NCBI GenBank assembly: GCA_014859985.1
Contig: JACZKN010000074.1
Span: forward strand, 1-32,823
From: Candidatus Krumholzibacteriia bacterium
GTDB taxonomy: Bacteria; Krumholzibacteriota; Krumholzibacteriia; LZORAL124-64-63
Length of the DNA: 32,823 nt
Direction of reading: 5' to 3'
Every line of letters begins with the position of its first letter. Positions within the stretch are counted from its first letter, which is position 1. The notes beneath the pieces were generated by a model. It ran no database searches. It had not been told where the DNA came from and was given only the letters and a program-made list of their open reading frames with translations. A program made the position numbers and the translations under genes. Positions 28,707 to 32,823 of the stretch are shown here, piece after piece.

Positions 28707-30125
28707 TCAGTCCGCCGCGGAAATCACCACCAGCGGCGCGTGCTCGGCCGCGTAGGTGGCCCCGTCCCAGGCCGGCGGCTGGATGATCGCCACCGCGGAG
28801 ACGGGCACGGTCCCGCCCAGGGTCACCGCGTCCAGGGCGGCGGCGTACTGCTCGCCCAGGGCGGCGAACACCGGCAGCTGGTCGCCGGGCACCGGGTCCG
28901 CCGGCGGCAGCTTCAGGGTGCGCGGGTTGACGAACTGGCCGCTCTTGCGGACGCGGAAGTCCAGGTGCGGGCCGGTGGCGTAGCCCGTGGCGCCCACGTA
29001 GCCGATGATCTGCCCCTGCCGCACCCTGGTGCCCTCCTTGACGCCCTTGGCGAATCCCGACAGGTGCAGGTAGAAGGTCTCGTATTCGCGGTTGGTGTGG
29101 CGGATCTGCACGTAGCGGCCGTTGCCTTCCTTGCGGCGGGCGGCCACCACGGTGCCGTCGCCGGCCGCGCGCACGGGCGTGCCCAGGGGCGCGGCGTAGT
29201 CCACGCCCAGGTGGGGCATGTGGCGCTTGAGCACCGGATGGAAGCGGCGGTAGGAGAACTCGCTGCTGACGCGGGAGTACTCCAGCGGCGCGCGCATCAG
29301 CTGCTTCTGCAGGTTCTTCCCCTCGGGGTCGAAGTAGCCGGGCTTGCCCTCGGGGTCGGTGTACAGGTAGGCCCGCTTGGGCTCGCCGCGGTTGACCAGT
29401 TCGGCCGCGAGCACCGGGCCGGCGCGGAGGAACCCGCCGTCCTTCCAGATCTCCTCGTAGACCACGCGGAAGGTGTCGCCGCGGCGCAGGTCGCGGCTGA
29501 AGTCCACGTCCCAGCCCAGGATGTCGTTGAGCTTGGCGGCCAGGGCCAAGGGAGCGTCCAGCTGCTGCAGGCTGGCGTAGAGGCTGACCTCGATGGTGCC
29601 GCCCACGCCGCGCAGGCGGCGCTCGACGGGATAGGTGCCGTCCTCGCGCTCGTAGGTGTCGCCGCGGCGGACCCAGGTGACGTGGCTCTCCACGTCCAGG
29701 TCGAAGCCCAGCGACTGCAGGCCGCCGTCGGGGGCCACGTGGATGCGGAAGCGCTCGCCCGCGCGGACCTTCGCCAGGTTGCGGAAGGGTTTGCAGGCCT
29801 TCACCAGGACCATGATGTCCTCGTGGGCGGCGCCGCGGGCGCTGAGGGCGTCGTAGAAGGTCTCGCGGCGGCCGATGACCATCTCCACCGGGCCTTCGTC
29901 CGGGCGGCAGAGCGGGCCGAGCTCGTCCGGTGCCAGGGCCGGCGTCCCAACGCGGCGGATGAGGGCGCCGGGCAGCAGGTGCGAGAATCCGGCCTCGACC
30001 GTCAGGACTTCCGGGAGCGGCGCCTCGGCCGGGCCGCCCATGCCGCTGCCGGCGTCGTACGCCGGCATCCGGCCGGACCCCCAGGCCAGGAGCACGAGGC
30101 CGCCGATGGCCAGGGCCGGGGCCAC
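28707..30125 (-). CDS. M23 family peptidoglycan DD-metalloendopeptidase (MepM-like); start possibly CTG at 30155
   Basis: WDVDFSRDLRRGDTF, RVSSEF..RRFHPVL, HLGVDYAAP.GTPV, YLHLS, ATGPHLDF. Confidence 0.92.
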   Translation of the reverse strand: MAPALAIGGLVLLAWGSGRMPAYDAGSGMGGPAEAPLPEVLTVEAGFSHLLPGALIRRVGTPALAPDELGPLCRPDEGPVEMVIGRRETFYDALSARGAAHEDIMVLVKACKPFRNLAKVRAGERFRIHVAPDGGLQSLGFDLDVESHVTWVRRGDTYEREDGTYPVERRLRGVGGTIEVSLYASLQQLDAPLALAAKLNDILGWDVDFSRDLRRGDTFRVVYEEIWKDGGFLRAGPVLAAELVNRGEPKRAYLYTDPEGKPGYFDPEGKNLQKQLMRAPLEYSRVSSEFSYRRFHPVLKRHMPHLGVDYAAPLGTPVRAAGDGTVVAARRKEGNGRYVQIRHTNREYETFYLHLSGFAKGVKEGTRVRQGQIIGYVGATGYATGPHLDFRVRKSGQFVNPRTLKLPPADPVPGDQLPVFAALGEQYAAALDAVTLGGTVPVSAVAIIQPPAWDGATYAAEHAPLVVISAAD

Positions 30126-30267
30126 GGGTATGGACTTCAGGAGCTTGGAAATCAGGGTTCCGTCCTTAACGTTCGGGCGAGATCCATCCTGGACCCGGGG
30201 CCAGGAAAATCTGCCTCATCGACCGGGCCCGATCAAGGGTTTTCTGGGTCCCGTCCTTGCTGGGACC

Positions 30268-30296
30268 ATGACCGGGGTCCGCTTCCATGCTATGAT
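30268..30296 (+). promoter_or_regulatory. Putative extended -10 sigma70 promoter for the FG-GAP gene
   Basis: ATGACC, 17-nt spacer, TG-C-TATGAT in the divergent intergenic region. Confidence 0.5.
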
Positions 30297-30394
30297 GACC
30301 CCCGGAAACCGTGCATTTCGCCCGCCTTGGCCGGATTCCTGCCAGGAATCCCGGTAGGGGCGGGGGCAAATCGTGCCGATGCGGAGGTCCTGTC

Positions 30395-32413
30395 GTGTCC
30401 AGTCGCAACCGCTGCAACCCTCATGCCGTCCTCGTGTTCCCGGCGTTGTTGCTGCTGGGTTTCGCGCCCGCCGCCCGGGGCACGGTGCACCTGACCGACG
30501 CTGCCGGGGGCGCGACCGGTAAGCTCTTCGGCACATCGGTCCGCGAACTGGAGGATCTTGACGGCGACGGGCGCTGGGAACTGCTGGTCGGGGCGCCGGC
30601 CTCGGAGGTGCCAGGCGGCAACAAGGCCGGCTCGGCCTTCCTGTGGCTGGGCGGGCGCAACCTGACCGTGGCGCCGGACCGCGCGTGGCACGGCGCCGCC
30701 GAGGACGAGTTCGGCTGGTGCGTGGCGCCCATCGGCGACGTCAACGACGACGGGCGGCCGGACTGGGCCGTGGGCGCCCCGGCGCGGGGCTCGAGCCGTC
30801 CCGGCCGGGTCTACGTGTTCCATGGCGCGGCGAACCCGCCGTCAGGACCGGCTTTGACCATCAACGGCGCCTCGACCGACGACCACTTCGGCTTTTCCGT
30901 TTCGGCGGCGGGGGATTTCAACGGCGACGGCATCGACGATTTCGTCGTCGGTGCGCCCATGGCCGACGTGGGCGGCACCGACAACGGGGCCGCCTACGTG
31001 ATCTACGGAGCCGCCGGCGGGCCCAGCACCAACCTGGCCGACGCCACCGTCCTGAGGGGATCCTTCGCCGACGACCACTTCGGCTGGGCCGTGTGCGACG
31101 CCGGCAACTTCCTGGGGGGCAATCCCCGGGCCATCGCCGTGGGCGCCCCGGACAACAACACCCGCGGCATCGACGCCGGCGCCGTCTACGTCTACGAGGG
31201 TTCCCTGGGCGGGGCGGCTCCCGACACCACCATCGACCACTGGATCAGCACCTCCTACGGCAACCCCGCCGGCGGCCGCTTCGGTTTCTCCCTGCGCAAC
31301 GCGGGCCGTTGGGACGGCGGCAGCATCGACGACCTGGCCATCGGCGCCCCGGAGATGAACGCCGGCGCCAGCCGCAACGGGCGGGTCGAGCTCGTCTTCG
31401 GCGGCACGAGCCCGTCGCACGCGGGCGACCGCTACGTCAACGGCGCCAACGCCGGCGACCGTTTCGGCTGGTCGGTGGCGCGCCTGGGCAACGTTGCCGG
31501 GACCTCGGCCGAGGATCTGGCCATCGGCGCCCCCCAGCGGGACTTCGAGGCCAGCAACGCCGGCCGGGCCTACATCTGGGAAGGCGGCGCGGCGTCCCAG
31601 AACAGCGCGGCCAGCCTCGGCATCCTGGCCAATATCCCGTTGATGCCGGGCACCGAGGCGGACGACCAGTTCGGCTGGGCGGTCAGCTCCGCCGGCGACT
31701 TCGACGGCGACGGCCTGCGGGACATCGCCGTCGGCGCGCCCTACGGCAACATCGCCACCAACACCACCGGGGGCTTCTGCCTGCTGGTGGACACCAGCGA
31801 CCAGGTGGTGGCCACGCTGCTGACCCGCTGGGAAGCGACCTGGACCGCCGAGGGGGCGGTGCGGCTGGTCTTCGCCCTGGGGGTGCCCAGCGACGGCATC
31901 ACCCTGCTGCACCTGGTGCGCCAGGGACCGGGCGGTCCGGCCACGGTCTACGCCGGCGCCGCGGTCCCGGGCGAGGGCGCGCTCGAGCTGACCCCAGCGG
32001 GCTTCGAGGTCCTGGACACGGCCGTGCCCGCGGCCGCGGGCTTCACCTACGACCTGACGGTCACCCTGGCCGACGGTGGTCCGCGGACCCTGGCGGCCCT
32101 GGACGGCCCGCGGGGGGCGGCCCCGGCCCTGCCGGCCAGCCTGGCACTGGGCGACATCTGGCCCAACCCGGCCAATCCGCTGGTGAGCATCCGCTTCCGC
32201 GCCGAGGGCGGCGAACCGGTGGCCTGCCGCGTCTACGACGTGCGCGGCCGCCTGGTGCGCACGCTGCACAGCGGTGCGGCGACCGGCGACTGGCAGACGG
32301 TGCGATGGGACGGCCGCGGCGACGACGGCCAGTCCGCGCCTTCGGGCAGCTACCTGGTGCTGCTGCAGACGGAAGCCGGCGCCCGGGCGCGCCAGTTGAC
32401 CCTTGCCCGCTGA
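30395..32413 (+). CDS. Secreted integrin-alpha-like FG-GAP seven-bladed propeller protein with FlgD-Ig / T9SS-like CTD
   Basis: GTG after GGAGG; signal peptide ...LLLLGFAPAARG; seven FG...GAP repeats; WPNPANP...VYDVRGRLVRTL...WDGR...SGSYLV. Confidence 0.9.
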   Translation: MSSRNRCNPHAVLVFPALLLLGFAPAARGTVHLTDAAGGATGKLFGTSVRELEDLDGDGRWELLVGAPASEVPGGNKAGSAFLWLGGRNLTVAPDRAWHGAAEDEFGWCVAPIGDVNDDGRPDWAVGAPARGSSRPGRVYVFHGAANPPSGPALTINGASTDDHFGFSVSAAGDFNGDGIDDFVVGAPMADVGGTDNGAAYVIYGAAGGPSTNLADATVLRGSFADDHFGWAVCDAGNFLGGNPRAIAVGAPDNNTRGIDAGAVYVYEGSLGGAAPDTTIDHWISTSYGNPAGGRFGFSLRNAGRWDGGSIDDLAIGAPEMNAGASRNGRVELVFGGTSPSHAGDRYVNGANAGDRFGWSVARLGNVAGTSAEDLAIGAPQRDFEASNAGRAYIWEGGAASQNSAASLGILANIPLMPGTEADDQFGWAVSSAGDFDGDGLRDIAVGAPYGNIATNTTGGFCLLVDTSDQVVATLLTRWEATWTAEGAVRLVFALGVPSDGITLLHLVRQGPGGPATVYAGAAVPGEGALELTPAGFEVLDTAVPAAAGFTYDLTVTLADGGPRTLAALDGPRGAAPALPASLALGDIWPNPANPLVSIRFRAEGGEPVACRVYDVRGRLVRTLHSGAATGDWQTVRWDGRGDDGQSAPSGSYLVLLQTEAGARARQLTLAR

Positions 32414-32823
32414 CGGCGGGACCGCGGTCCTGCCGCGGGTCGAGCTGCACACCCACCTGGAGGGGTCCCTGACCCCGTCCCGGCTGATCGCGCTGGCCCG
32501 CCGCCACGGCCAGCCGGGCCTGCCTGCGGCCTGCCTGGACCCCGGCGGTTCGGCCTACCGTTTCGCCGGCTTCCAAGGCTTCCTGCAGCTGTTCCGGCGC
32601 GCCACCAGCGTCGTGCGCACCCCCCGTGACTACCACGACCTGGCCCTGGACCTGGGGGCGCAGCTGGCCGCCGACCGGGTGGGATACGCCGAGGTCATCG
32701 TCTCCTACGGGGTGATGCTGCGCCGGGGCATCGACCCGGTGGCGGTGCAGCGGGCGTTGGCCGAGGCCGCGGCCGAGGTGGAGCAGACCCGCGGGCCGGT
32801 GCTGCGCTGGCTGCCGGACGCCG
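32403..32823 (+). CDS. add: Adenosine/adenine deaminase family protein, 5' part (runs off window)
   Basis: Manual translation from TTG 32403: MPADGGTAVLPRVELHTHLEGSLTP...FQGFL...VGYAEV; HxH metal motif; absent from the ORF track. Confidence 0.88.
   Translation, partial: MPADGGTAVLPRVELHTHLEGSLTPSRLIALARRHGQPGLPAACLDPGGSAYRFAGFQGFLQLFRRATSVVRTPRDYHDLALDLGAQLAADRVGYAEVIVSYGVMLRRGIDPVAVQRALAEAAAEVEQTRGPVLRWLPDA

Noticed and set aside
30870-31740. Short DNA direct repeats such as GACGACCACTTCGGCT
   Set aside because: They are explained by the encoded FG-GAP repeats and show no CRISPR-like periodicity or spacers.

Overview
This is a GC-rich bacterial chromosome segment. Bases 1-16103 hold the 3' end of tuf followed by a complete S10-spc-alpha ribosomal superoperon (rpsJ to rplQ, with secY, adk, map, infA, rpmJ and rpoA), closed by a strong intrinsic terminator at about 16194-16237. 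Next comes a lower-GC accessory block (about 16240-22834) of three predicted exported proteins: a roughly 1400-aa M6-like HEXXH metalloprotease/FG-GAP/ASPIC-UnbV protein whose signal peptide is out of frame by one base, a small signal-peptide + FlgD-type CTD protein, and a beta-helix protein ending in a short SLGGVKALFR tail. The rest is a fabH-gldA-like-gldF/G-like fusion-DUF4340-like operon, a convergent M23 peptidase, an integrin-alpha-like FG-GAP protein with a FlgD-type CTD, and the start of an adenosine deaminase gene. The CTD types suggest an FCB-group lineage such as Krumholzibacteriota or Latescibacterota (inference only). The best candidate for novel biology is a protein sorting/secretion arrangement with two different C-terminal signals, including a possible CTD-less cargo plus CTD-bearing partner module. 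I saw no tRNA, rRNA, CRISPR array or mobile element.
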